Shown here piece after piece: positions 1 through 8,025 of a stretch of DNA of 60,378 nt. Below the pieces are notes generated by a model. It ran no database searches, had not been told where the DNA came from, and saw nothing but the letters and a program-made list of their open reading frames with translations. The position numbers and the translations under genes are program-made. The DNA comes from Candidatus Limnocylindrales bacterium (GTDB taxonomy: Bacteria; Chloroflexota; Limnocylindria; Limnocylindrales; CSP1-4), in assembly GCA_046599085.1 (NCBI GenBank), contig JBKJHI010000066.1, positions 1-60,378 of the forward strand, given 5' to 3'. Position 1 is the first letter of the stretch. Each line of letters starts with the position of its first letter.

Positions 1-354
1 GCCGCATCGACCGCGGTCTTTCGTGGGGAGCTGTACTGCGGCACCCTGCCGTCCGGTCACGTCCATTCCATGCGGGCAGGGCAGGGGGTCTCGGTGGACC
101 GAGGTCTCGCGGCCGGCTGGCACCACATCGCCGCGGTTCGCTCGAGCGGGAGAATGGCGCTGTTCGTCGACGGTGTTCGCGCCGCAGAGGCAGGCGATCT
201 AGCCGGTCCGCTGGACCTCTCGAGCGAAGCAGGACTGGTTCTCGGGGGCGGTCCCCGTGCGGGGTTCGACGGCGAGCTTGCGATGGTTCGTCTCCATCGG
301 CGTGCGCTGACCGACGACGAGATCCGTGCATCGGCCCGCGAGTCGCTCACCTGA
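1..354 (+). CDS. LamG-like jellyroll (concanavalin A-like) domain protein, 5' partial
   Basis: Frame is open from base 1. WHHIAAVRSSGRMALFVDG...LVLGG...FDGELAMVRLHRRALTDDEI is the typical LamG C-terminal signature. Confidence 0.8.
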   Translation, partial: AASTAVFRGELYCGTLPSGHVHSMRAGQGVSVDRGLAAGWHHIAAVRSSGRMALFVDGVRAAEAGDLAGPLDLSSEAGLVLGGGPRAGFDGELAMVRLHRRALTDDEIRASARESLT

Positions 355-388
355 TCGTGCCGCGCGTCGCGTCGGATCGGGCGGTCGG

Positions 389-1315
389 GTGAACTCGGGA
401 TCGAGCGTCCCCGGCTGGGTTCGTTCGGCAACCGGAGGCGACGCGATCTCGGCGGAGCCCCTCCTTTGGGGATTCCGCAACGAGACGTGGCTGGTGGGTT
501 TGCCGGGCGGCCGCCGCGTCGTGGCGACCCGCTATGTGGACCCGACGGTTGGCCTGAGGCTGCGGACGGTGCTCCCCGCGATGGGTCCGCGGATGGCGGC
601 CGCGGGGCTCCCGATCCCCGCCGTGATCGACGATGCCGCGGGCACGGGACTGCCGCGCTCTGAACTGACCGAGGGCATCATCGTGACCGAGTATCTCGAT
701 GGCGTCGCGGCCGCCGGACTGCTCGGGCAGCCAGGTGGCCCCGCGCTGATCGGTTCGCTGGCGGGAGCGGCCTGGCGTCGTCTCTCGATGGTCAGCGCGG
801 ACGGTCTTGGTTTGCCCGACCTCTGGGCGTCGCCGGATCGACTCGCCACAGCCGTGCGCCAGTGGACGGACCATCTTGGCTCGACGGTCTCCCGCGCCGA
901 TCATGTCCGGCTCGCCACGCGATCGGAGCCGCTCGCCGAACTGCTGCGTGGGCGGTCATCGACGGTGGTCCACGGCGACTTCGTCCCGGTCAACATCCTC
1001 GTTCGCGGCGGCACGTTCGTCGGGCTCGTCGACCTCGAGTCCGTTCGACTGGGCGATCCCCTCATCGATGCGGCCTGGTTCGACTGGATCGTCTACTACC
1101 ACCATCGAGCCGAGGAACGAGCGGTTTGGAGTGCGTTCGAGGTGGCTTCCGGCGTGGATGCGCAGGACCCCACGACGGCAAGTCTCCTGAAGCTCCTGCC
1201 GCTCGTCCAGATCCTCGAGATCCTGAACAACGAGGAACTGACCAAGTCGGGTCGAGAACGCTGGCTGGAACACCTGACGGCGTGTCTCGATCGAAGCGCA
1301 GGGACGGACGCCTAG
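389..1315 (+). CDS. Aminoglycoside phosphotransferase (APH)/choline kinase-like family protein
   Basis: Brenner motif VVHGDFVPVNILV and GLVDLESVRLGDPLIDAA. GTG start at 389 is approximate. Confidence 0.8.
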   Translation: MNSGSSVPGWVRSATGGDAISAEPLLWGFRNETWLVGLPGGRRVVATRYVDPTVGLRLRTVLPAMGPRMAAAGLPIPAVIDDAAGTGLPRSELTEGIIVTEYLDGVAAAGLLGQPGGPALIGSLAGAAWRRLSMVSADGLGLPDLWASPDRLATAVRQWTDHLGSTVSRADHVRLATRSEPLAELLRGRSSTVVHGDFVPVNILVRGGTFVGLVDLESVRLGDPLIDAAWFDWIVYYHHRAEERAVWSAFEVASGVDAQDPTTASLLKLLPLVQILEILNNEELTKSGRERWLEHLTACLDRSAGTDA

Positions 1316-1328
1316 ATCGCTCGGGCAA

Positions 1329-1361
1329 TACTTTCCGTATGGAACGTAGTTCGCCTATGAT
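1329..1361 (+). promoter_or_regulatory. Putative MarR operator palindrome plus -10 box
   Basis: TACTTTCC-GTAT-GGAACGTA (1329-1348, 1 mismatch). TATGAT at 1356-1361 lies 7 nt before ATG 1369. Confidence 0.55.
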
Positions 1362-1368
1362 GGTCGCG

Positions 1369-1791
1369 ATGTCGGATGAACTCGTCGATGCTCTGGACCA
1401 GGTCGTCATCGGATCGGTCGCGATCACGGCCCGCGCGTTGCTTGATGCTGGTGCCGACGTGACGGTCCTCCAGTGGCGGGCGCTGTTGGTCATCGGCGGA
1501 GCGGAGCACATCAGCGTCTCCGGCCTGGCCCAGCGGATCGGCGCGAATCTCTCACCGACGAGCCGGCTCGTCAGCCGCCTCGTCAGTCGAGGACTGGCCC
1601 GCGTGGCCAAGGACCCAGCGGATCGCCGCACGACCGTCGTGTCGCTCACCATCGACGGGCGCCGCCTCCGTGACGCGGTGATCGAGCAGCGTCGTAGCTA
1701 CATCAGGTCAGCCATCGCGACGAGGATGTTGAGCAACGGCGATCTTGGCGCCATCCGCCGGCTGGGCCGCGCGCTTGGCGGGTTCGCATGA
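1369..1791 (+). CDS. MarR family transcriptional regulator
   Basis: VTVLQWRALLVI...SVSGLAQRIGANLSPTSRLVSRLVSRGLA..DPADRR.TVVSLT winged-helix pattern. ATGA overlap with the next gene. Confidence 0.85.
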   Translation: MSDELVDALDQVVIGSVAITARALLDAGADVTVLQWRALLVIGGAEHISVSGLAQRIGANLSPTSRLVSRLVSRGLARVAKDPADRRTTVVSLTIDGRRLRDAVIEQRRSYIRSAIATRMLSNGDLGAIRRLGRALGGFA

Positions 1792-3833
1792 AGCGAACTG
1801 CGTTACTGGTCGACCTTCGTCGCCGCACACGATCGGCGGCATACCTTCGGAAGTGGGTCATCCTTGGCGCGCTGATCGGGTTGATCAGCGGACTCGGGGC
1901 GGTGCTGTTCTTCCTTGCACTCGAGTTCGCGACGCAGGTCCTTCTTGGCGGGATCGCTGGCTACGTGCCCGCATCGCCGATCGGCGAAGGGGGCGCCCCG
2001 ATCACTGACGCCACGCGCCCGTGGGCCATTCCGCTCGTCGTCGCCCTCGGCGCGTTCATCGCCGGTGTCATCGTCGTGCGCTTTGCGCCCGAAGCGGAGG
2101 GCCACGGGACGGACGCGGCCATCGAGGCGTTCCACCACGGTGCGCGGCGGATCCGGGGACGGATCCCGGCGGTCAAGCTCGTCGCCTCGGCGATCACCAT
2201 CGGCTCCGGTGGGTCAGGCGGTCGTGAGGGCCCGACGGCCCAGATCGGCGCCGGGTTCGGCTCGTTTCTGGCTCGACTGCTCGACCTTGACGCTCGTGAT
2301 GCCCGGATCGCTGTCAGCTCGGGTATGGGCGCGGGAATCGGCGCCATCTTCCGGGCACCGCTTGGTGGTGCGGTTCTGGCCGCGGAGATCCCGTACCACG
2401 AGGATGTGGAGTCTGATGCGCTCGTCCCCGCGTTCGTCGCCTCGATCGTCGCCTTCTCCGTCTTTGGCATCTTCATCGGCTTCAGCCCGATCTTCGGGCA
2501 CGTCCCGGTGGAGGGGTTCACCGACCCGCGGCAGCTCGTCTACTACGCTTTCATCGGCCTGGTCACGGGCCTGGTCGGGCGCCTCTATATCTCGACGTTC
2601 TACGGGTTCACGGCCCGTTTCTCCGCTTGGCGCGTGCCGCGGATCCTGCGGATCACGCTCGGTGGGCTAGCGGTCGGATTGATCGCACTGGTCGTTCCGG
2701 GCGTGCTTGGAACGGGCTATGGCTGGGTCGCCGCCGGGCTCGATCGCGAGACGCTGCTCGCGCTGCCGATGTGGACGATCCTGGTCCTGCCGTTCGCGAA
2801 GATCCTGGCGACGTCTTTGTCGATCGGCTCGGGCGGTTCAGGAGGGATCTTCGGACCCGGGATGGTCGTCGGTGGGCTGCTCGGCGCCGGCATGTGGCGA
2901 CTGCTCGAGCCCATCGCGCCGGCGATGCCCATCGACCCCGCGCCGTTCGTCATCGTTTCGATGATGGCACTGTTCGGCAGCGTGGCTCACGCCCCGCTTG
3001 CTGTGATGCTGATGGTCGCCGAGATGACGGGCGACCTCTCGATGCTGGCACCGGCGATGCTGTCGATCGGAGTCGCGACCCTTATCGTCGGTGACCGCTC
3101 GATCTACACCTCGCAGATCCGGAGCCGCGCGGACTCGCCCGCGCACCGATTCCGGTTCGCGCTGCCCCTGATGGCGGCGATCCCGGCCGGCGACGCGGCA
3201 CGGATGCCTCGAGTCGTGCTCACGGCCGAGCAGACGGCGAGCCACGCCGCCGAAGCACTCGGCAACGTGCACCTGCGCGGGGCGCCAGTGGTCGATCGAT
3301 CGGGAGTCCTGCTCGGCTCGATCGAGTTGGCCGACCTGGTCGACGGTGATGGCGCGATGCCTGTCGGAACACTTGATCTCCACGAACGATCGATCCAGGC
3401 TGACGAGACACTCGATGAGGCCCTCGCTGTCCTCGCCGATGGGCATCACCGATGGGCGCCGGTCGTGGCCGACGAGCGTCTCATCGGGATCCTCTCGTCG
3501 CGCGACATCTTGGCCGCCTATCGGCGCGGCCTGGCCGGCAATGTCCGACAGATCAGGAATGTCGGCGAGCATGGAGCGCTGATCGATGCCGAGATCCCGG
3601 CCGCGTCCGGACTGGCGGGGGTCACGGTCGCCCAGGTCCCGTGGCCGCGCGATGCCATCCTTGTCTCGATCACCCGCGGCGACCGAGTCGTCATCCCGCG
3701 CGGTGACGTGACACTCGAGGTCGGCGACCGATTATCGGTGTTCGCCGCATCGGACGGGCGTGCGCCCCTTGACGACCTCCTGGCTGGGTATCGTCCGGCC
3801 GTTTCTGCGGAACCTCGGCTCGACGGAACCTGA
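1788..3833 (+). CDS. ClC chloride channel/transporter with C-terminal CBS pair and TrkA_C (RCK_C) domain
   Basis: GSGGREGP, FRAPLGG, GGIFGP and HAPL motifs, many TM helices, CBS-like APVVD/APVVAD segments, C-terminal SITRGDRVVIPRGDVTLEVGDRL. Confidence 0.9.
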   Translation: MKRTALLVDLRRRTRSAAYLRKWVILGALIGLISGLGAVLFFLALEFATQVLLGGIAGYVPASPIGEGGAPITDATRPWAIPLVVALGAFIAGVIVVRFAPEAEGHGTDAAIEAFHHGARRIRGRIPAVKLVASAITIGSGGSGGREGPTAQIGAGFGSFLARLLDLDARDARIAVSSGMGAGIGAIFRAPLGGAVLAAEIPYHEDVESDALVPAFVASIVAFSVFGIFIGFSPIFGHVPVEGFTDPRQLVYYAFIGLVTGLVGRLYISTFYGFTARFSAWRVPRILRITLGGLAVGLIALVVPGVLGTGYGWVAAGLDRETLLALPMWTILVLPFAKILATSLSIGSGGSGGIFGPGMVVGGLLGAGMWRLLEPIAPAMPIDPAPFVIVSMMALFGSVAHAPLAVMLMVAEMTGDLSMLAPAMLSIGVATLIVGDRSIYTSQIRSRADSPAHRFRFALPLMAAIPAGDAARMPRVVLTAEQTASHAAEALGNVHLRGAPVVDRSGVLLGSIELADLVDGDGAMPVGTLDLHERSIQADETLDEALAVLADGHHRWAPVVADERLIGILSSRDILAAYRRGLAGNVRQIRNVGEHGALIDAEIPAASGLAGVTVAQVPWPRDAILVSITRGDRVVIPRGDVTLEVGDRLSVFAASDGRAPLDDLLAGYRPAVSAEPRLDGT

Positions 3834-3841
3834 CCACAGGT

Positions 3842-3897
3842 GCGCGGCGACGCCGCGCCCGGCCTCGGCCCTCCGCCGGGCGCCCGGAAGCCGGGCT
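3842..3897. terminator. GC-rich hairpin cluster between convergent ClC gene and ssrA
   Basis: Inverted repeats such as GCGCCCGGC...GCCGGGCGC and GCCCGG-AAG-CCGGGC. No U-tract. Confidence 0.4.
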
Positions 3898-3911
3898 GCG
3901 GATGTTGGAAG

Positions 3912-4287
3912 TGGTGGAGATGGGGGAGAGTCGAACTCCCCGTCCAAGACCCTTCGTCGGAGACCACTACGAGCGTGTCCGATGCTTTGTCGTCGACCGT
4001 CCGGACGAACATCGGCACCCTGCCGGACGGTCCAGTCGCGTGTCCCTAGATCGGGCTTGACTCCGGATTACGCGTCGCTCGTCCGGATCGCAGCCTCACT
4101 TGATGACGCTTCCACTACCCGCAAGGCGGAGGTAGCTTCCACGCTCACTCTACCGCCTAAGCGGCGAGAGCGAGAGTCGGCTGGCGGTTGCCAGGTACTT
4201 CGTTTTGCTGCCTGATTAACGAGGCCTGAGCAGCATCCTCGGCTCGCGCTCCCCGACAACCAAGCCCTGTCGAAACCACGCATCCCC
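3912..4287 (-). ncRNA. ssrA: tmRNA; tag peptide (A)GNRQPTLALAA encoded at 4192-4157
   Basis: 5' GGGGATGCGTGGTTTCGAC, 3' GGGAGTTCGACTCTCCCCCATCTCCACCA tRNA-like end, internal ORF ending LALAA-TAG, smpB nearby. Confidence 0.96.
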
Positions 4288-4316
4288 ACAGGACCGAACG
4301 TCGGTTCGGAATGGAC

Positions 4317-4345
4317 ATCCTACCATCGACCCGGTTCGAGGCCAA
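4317..4345 (-). promoter_or_regulatory. sigma70-type promoter of ssrA
   Basis: TTGGCC-17 nt-TAGGAT with extended TG, ~30 nt upstream of the mature 5' end. Confidence 0.6.
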
Positions 4346-4442
4346 GACCTCGACTGGCGGAGCCTGGGGGATCGAACGACCGTCCTCCCGGCGCCCGGAC
4401 CTTCGGCGCGCGTCCCGAGGTGCCGCCGACTGGTATCGTTCT

Positions 4443-4564
4443 CCCTGGCCGAACCTCCTCGCGGAGGACGGGGGACCCACCATCCCTTTCGGGGCAAACC
4501 GCGGACCGTCCGCGGCGGCGATCCCAACGCCGAGCCCGTCAGCTCACCTCGCAGGCCTGCAGGG
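4443..4564 (+). ncRNA. Cyclic di-AMP (ydaO/yuaA) riboswitch
   Basis: Conserved blocks in the correct order: GCCGAA...ACGGGGGACCCA...TTTCGGGGCAAA...CCGAGCCCGTCAGCTCACCTCGCAGGC. Closing stem CCCTGGCC/GGCCTGCAGGG. Upstream TGGTATCGT -10-like box. Confidence 0.88.
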
Positions 4565-4582
4565 CTGCTCGAGGTACCCGTC

Positions 4583-5836
4583 GTGATCCGGCCCCCATTC
4601 CATCCCACGCCCCAGCAGCGCGCCGTCGGGCGCAATCTCGGGTTCGATCTGTTCGCCGCCGTCGGCATCGGCGTGACGACCGCCGTGGTCACGGCGCTCC
4701 TTCCGACGATCGCTCGCCGTGGCGGCCTGGAGCCGATCGGTATCGCTGCCCTCGTGGCCGCGCCGTTCGTCGGTAACCTGCTCGGCGCGTTCGCCGGTCG
4801 GTTCGGGCCGCGGACCACCGGCCAGCTCGCCCTCCTGCGCGGCGTCGGTGCGGTCGCTCTGCTGACCCTCCTGCTCGTGCCGACCCCGCCCGTGATGATC
4901 CTCGCCTCGCTCGTGTTCTGGATCAGCCTGTCGTTCGGCTCGCCGTTCCACCTCCGGCTGTGGACCGTCATGTATCCCGCGCGCCTCGTCGGGCGGATGG
5001 TCGGCATCATCGGGATGGGCCGGGCAGCCGCCAGCGGCCTCGCCGCCTTCGGTGGCGGCGTGCTGGCTGATCGATTGGGCGGTCCGAATGCCGTTGCCGC
5101 CGCCGGCGTGGTCGGCCTGCTTGCCGCCGCCGGCTATGTCGGCCTTCGCGCGCGGACCGCCGAACGGCCGCCCACGTTCTCCGCGCGCGAGTCGATCGCT
5201 GTCCTGCGCGGTCTGCCCGTCCTCGGGCGCATCACCCTGGCCCAGGCGTTCTACGGCGGCGGTCTCATCGCGGCCTCCCCGTTGTTCGCACTGGTCCATG
5301 TCGACCGCCTCGACCTGACCCTGTCCGACGTCGGGATCATCGGCGTCCTGGCCGCGATGTCCACGACGGCGTCCTTCCTGGTCTGGGGCTCGGTGGCAGA
5401 CCGTTTCGGGTCGCTGGTCGTGATCCGGCTTGGGAGCGTGGCCGGGCTGGTGTCCCTGCTCCTCTACGCCGTTGCGCCAAATGTCGCGTTCTTGTGGGGT
5501 GCGGCGCTCTTCACCGGCATCGCCACGGCGGCGATCGACCTCGGTTTCGCCTCGGCGATGAGCGAGTTCGCCCCGCTCGCCGCGCGCGCCCCCGCGAGTG
5601 CTGGCCTCAATGCCGTGACCGGCGCGCGCGGCATCTTCGCCGCCTTCCTGATGAGCGCGCTGCTCCAGGTCGGGCTCGTCAATGTCACGACGGGCCTCCT
5701 GCTCTGCGCGGCCACGACTGCGCTCGGCGTGGTGATGTACACGCGACTGCGGCCTGATCCCGTGGTCCAGATCGAAACGGCTCTGGAACAGGTCGCGGTC
5801 CCGGCCGGCGCGCTGGTGGCGTCGGAGGCCGTCTAG
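4583..5836 (+). CDS. Major facilitator superfamily transporter
   Basis: About 12 hydrophobic segments, motif-A-like WGSVADRFGSLVV and GGVLADRLGG. SD GAGGT 7 nt before the GTG. Confidence 0.85.
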   Translation: MIRPPFHPTPQQRAVGRNLGFDLFAAVGIGVTTAVVTALLPTIARRGGLEPIGIAALVAAPFVGNLLGAFAGRFGPRTTGQLALLRGVGAVALLTLLLVPTPPVMILASLVFWISLSFGSPFHLRLWTVMYPARLVGRMVGIIGMGRAAASGLAAFGGGVLADRLGGPNAVAAAGVVGLLAAAGYVGLRARTAERPPTFSARESIAVLRGLPVLGRITLAQAFYGGGLIAASPLFALVHVDRLDLTLSDVGIIGVLAAMSTTASFLVWGSVADRFGSLVVIRLGSVAGLVSLLLYAVAPNVAFLWGAALFTGIATAAIDLGFASAMSEFAPLAARAPASAGLNAVTGARGIFAAFLMSALLQVGLVNVTTGLLLCAATTALGVVMYTRLRPDPVVQIETALEQVAVPAGALVASEAV

Positions 5837-5860
5837 GCCCGACGCGACCGCGCGTCCCGG

Positions 5861-6325
5861 TCAGCGGCCGCGCTGGATGTCGGCGAGCTGTCGCGCGATG
5901 TCGCGCTTCGAGTCGCGGTCGGCGATATCGCGCCGGCGATCATGCAGCTGCTTGCCGCGGGCGAGGCCGAGTTCCAGCTTGGCCTTGCCGCGCGTGATGT
6001 ACAGGCGCAGCGGGACGATGGTCTGGCCCTTGGCCTTGGCCTTGCCCATCAGCTCGTCGATCTGGCGGCGATGGAGCAGCAGCTTGCGCGTGCGCTTGGG
6101 ATCGTGGTTGTTGCGGTTGCCCTGCTCGAACGGCGCGATGTCGGCGCCGATCAGCCAGGCCTCACCCTTCTCGACGCGCGCATAGGCATTGGCGATGTTC
6201 GCCTTGCCGGCACGAATCGACTTGATCTCCGTGCCGGTCAGCACGAGCCCAGCCTCGAACGTGTCGTCGATGGTGAACTCGTGGCGCGCTTTTCGGTTGA
6301 GGGCGACGGTCGAGTCGTCGCGCAT
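5861..6325 (-). CDS. smpB: SsrA-binding protein SmpB
   Basis: NRKARHEF, EAGLVLTGTEIKSIRAGK, RTRKLLLH, GKQLHDRR. Confidence 0.97.
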   Translation of the reverse strand: MRDDSTVALNRKARHEFTIDDTFEAGLVLTGTEIKSIRAGKANIANAYARVEKGEAWLIGADIAPFEQGNRNNHDPKRTRKLLLHRRQIDELMGKAKAKGQTIVPLRLYITRGKAKLELGLARGKQLHDRRRDIADRDSKRDIARQLADIQRGR

Positions 6326-6389
6326 GGGATGGCTCCGATCGGATGGGGTGTGGGTGAGGAGGATAGCCCGCGCTCGGGGTCCGGGCGCA

Positions 6390-6420
6390 CGAACGCCGGC
6401 CCATGCGGGGCCGGCGTTCG
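6390..6420 (-). terminator. Perfect 13-bp hairpin (putative terminator of small transcript)
   Basis: CGAACGCCGGCCC-5 nt loop-GGGCCGGCGTTCG. Confidence 0.65.
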
Positions 6421-6521
6421 GTTGCGTACCACCCACAGGGTGTCCGACTAAACGGCCATCTCCTGTGAGGTGGTGCAGCTACACGTACTGTCGATCACTG
6501 CACATCACCTCCTTTCGTTCG
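6390..6521 (-). ncRNA. Putative small structured RNA / micro-ORF transcript (GTG 6498-TAG 6448, MIDSTCSCTTSQEMAV)
   Basis: Upstream promoter TTGCGC-17-TACGGT, AAAGGAGGTGAT near the 5' end, internal alternative stems, terminal hairpin. Confidence 0.55.
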
Positions 6522-6526
6522 GGCGA

Positions 6527-6555
6527 ACCGTACCCGATGCGTCGGGGACGCGCAA
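6527..6555 (-). promoter_or_regulatory. sigma70-type promoter of the small transcript
   Basis: TTGCGC (6555-6550), 17-nt spacer, TACGGT (6532-6527). Confidence 0.55.
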
Positions 6556-6575
6556 GACCTGTGTCGATCGGATGA

Positions 6576-7877
6576 TCAGGCGGCGATCCGACCGGTACGT
6601 GCGCCGACCGGCACCGCGGCACCAAGCACCTCGAGCCCGGCATCGAGCACGGGGTCCTCGCCGGGGCCCACGTCGGTGGGGACCGTGACCTGCACATCGG
6701 GCACGATGCCGTCGTCGTGGATCCAGCGCTTGTCGGGCGTGAGCCAGCGGGCGATCGTCAGGCGGAATGCGCCACCCTCTCCCGTCAACTCCTGCCATTG
6801 CTGCACGGTGCCCTTGCCATACGTCGTCTCGCCGACGAGCGTCGCGCGGCCGGTGTCCTGCAACGCCCCGGCGACGATCTCCGATGCCGAGGCGCTCCCG
6901 CCGTCGACCAGGCAGACGACCTGGATCGCGGGGTCCGTGGCGGCACCACCGGCGACCGCGTCGGTCGGCTCCTGCGTGCCGGACGCATCCTGCTCGTAGA
7001 AGATCACGCCGGAGGCGATGAACTGCGACGCCACGTCCCGTGCTGCCGTGACGTAGCCCCCGGGATTGCCGCGCAGGTCGAGGATGAGCTTCGTGCGTCC
7101 CGCTTCTATGTGGGCCTGGAGGGCCGCTTTGACCTCATTCGCGCCGCGATCGGAGAACCCATTCAGCCTGACGTAGCCCACGGTCCCGCCGGCGAGGTCC
7201 CTCGACTCGACCTCCTCCTCCTGGACGACGTCGCGGGTGACCTCGATCGGGAAGGGATCGGTGCCGGATCCGCGCTGGACGGACAGCACGACGACGCTGC
7301 CTTTCGGGCCACGGATACGGTCGCGAGCGCCATCGACCGACAAGCCGTCGAGCGAGACGCCGTCCGTGGCGAGCACGACGTCGTCCGCGAGCAGGCCTGC
7401 CCGTTCGGCGGGTGAACCCACGAGCGGTGCCACGATCACGAGGCGGCACTCCGGTCCGAGCGTGACGCACCCCTGCGTCCCGTCCGGGGCCTCCGTGGCG
7501 ATCCGGGCGCCGATGCCCTCGAACTCGCCGCTGATCCCTTCGAGGCTGCGGCGATACTCCTCCGACGTGAGGTAGGACGAGTACGGGTCGCCGAGGCTGT
7601 CGATCATCCCGCGGATCGCGCCCTGGATCAGGGCTTCGCGGTCGACCGCTCCTCCGGCGTATCGCTCATCGATGGTGTGGAAGGTGTCCCAGAACGGTCG
7701 GAACGCTTCGTCCTGGCCGATCGGCGTCCCGGGCTCGACGGCGCCATGGCGGCCCATCGAGTAGCCGGACATGAACAGCGCGCCGCCGGCCATGAGGGCA
7801 ACGAGCGCGATCGCGAGCTGGAGGATCGGCAGACGGCGAGCCGGCCGGTCACCGACCGGCGGCGCGACGGGTGTCAT
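6576..7877 (-). CDS. ctpA: Carboxyl-terminal processing protease, S41 family (PDZ + protease)
   Basis: LGDPYSSY, FEGIGA, LILDLRGNPGG, SASASEIVAGALQD, TYGKGTVQ, N-terminal TM anchor. Confidence 0.92.
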   Translation of the reverse strand: MTPVAPPVGDRPARRLPILQLAIALVALMAGGALFMSGYSMGRHGAVEPGTPIGQDEAFRPFWDTFHTIDERYAGGAVDREALIQGAIRGMIDSLGDPYSSYLTSEEYRRSLEGISGEFEGIGARIATEAPDGTQGCVTLGPECRLVIVAPLVGSPAERAGLLADDVVLATDGVSLDGLSVDGARDRIRGPKGSVVVLSVQRGSGTDPFPIEVTRDVVQEEEVESRDLAGGTVGYVRLNGFSDRGANEVKAALQAHIEAGRTKLILDLRGNPGGYVTAARDVASQFIASGVIFYEQDASGTQEPTDAVAGGAATDPAIQVVCLVDGGSASASEIVAGALQDTGRATLVGETTYGKGTVQQWQELTGEGGAFRLTIARWLTPDKRWIHDDGIVPDVQVTVPTDVGPGEDPVLDAGLEVLGAAVPVGARTGRIAA

Positions 7878-8025
7878 GGGGACCTCGAGCGAGGTCGGGA
7901 GCGGCGGCTCGGCGGGAGTCATCTCGTGCGGGAACCTCGTGGCCCGCAGGTTTGGCCGCGGGGTGCGCAAGCGTACATCGGGCCTCGCTGCGAGCCCTTC
8001 GCATGAGGGGTGCGTCCGGCGTCGG

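Noticed and set aside
389-1315. Bona fide aminoglycoside resistance gene
   Set aside because: Only generic APH/kinase-fold motifs are visible. Substrate cannot be assigned from sequence.
3912-3950. Stand-alone tRNA gene
   Set aside because: Only a T-arm and acceptor half. It pairs with the 5' end at 4287 as the tRNA-like domain of tmRNA.
6504-6516. ATCACCTCCTTTC as a 16S rRNA 3' end or rRNA fragment
   Set aside because: Flanks do not resemble 16S (no GGCTGG/h45 upstream). Better read as an extended SD on the - strand.
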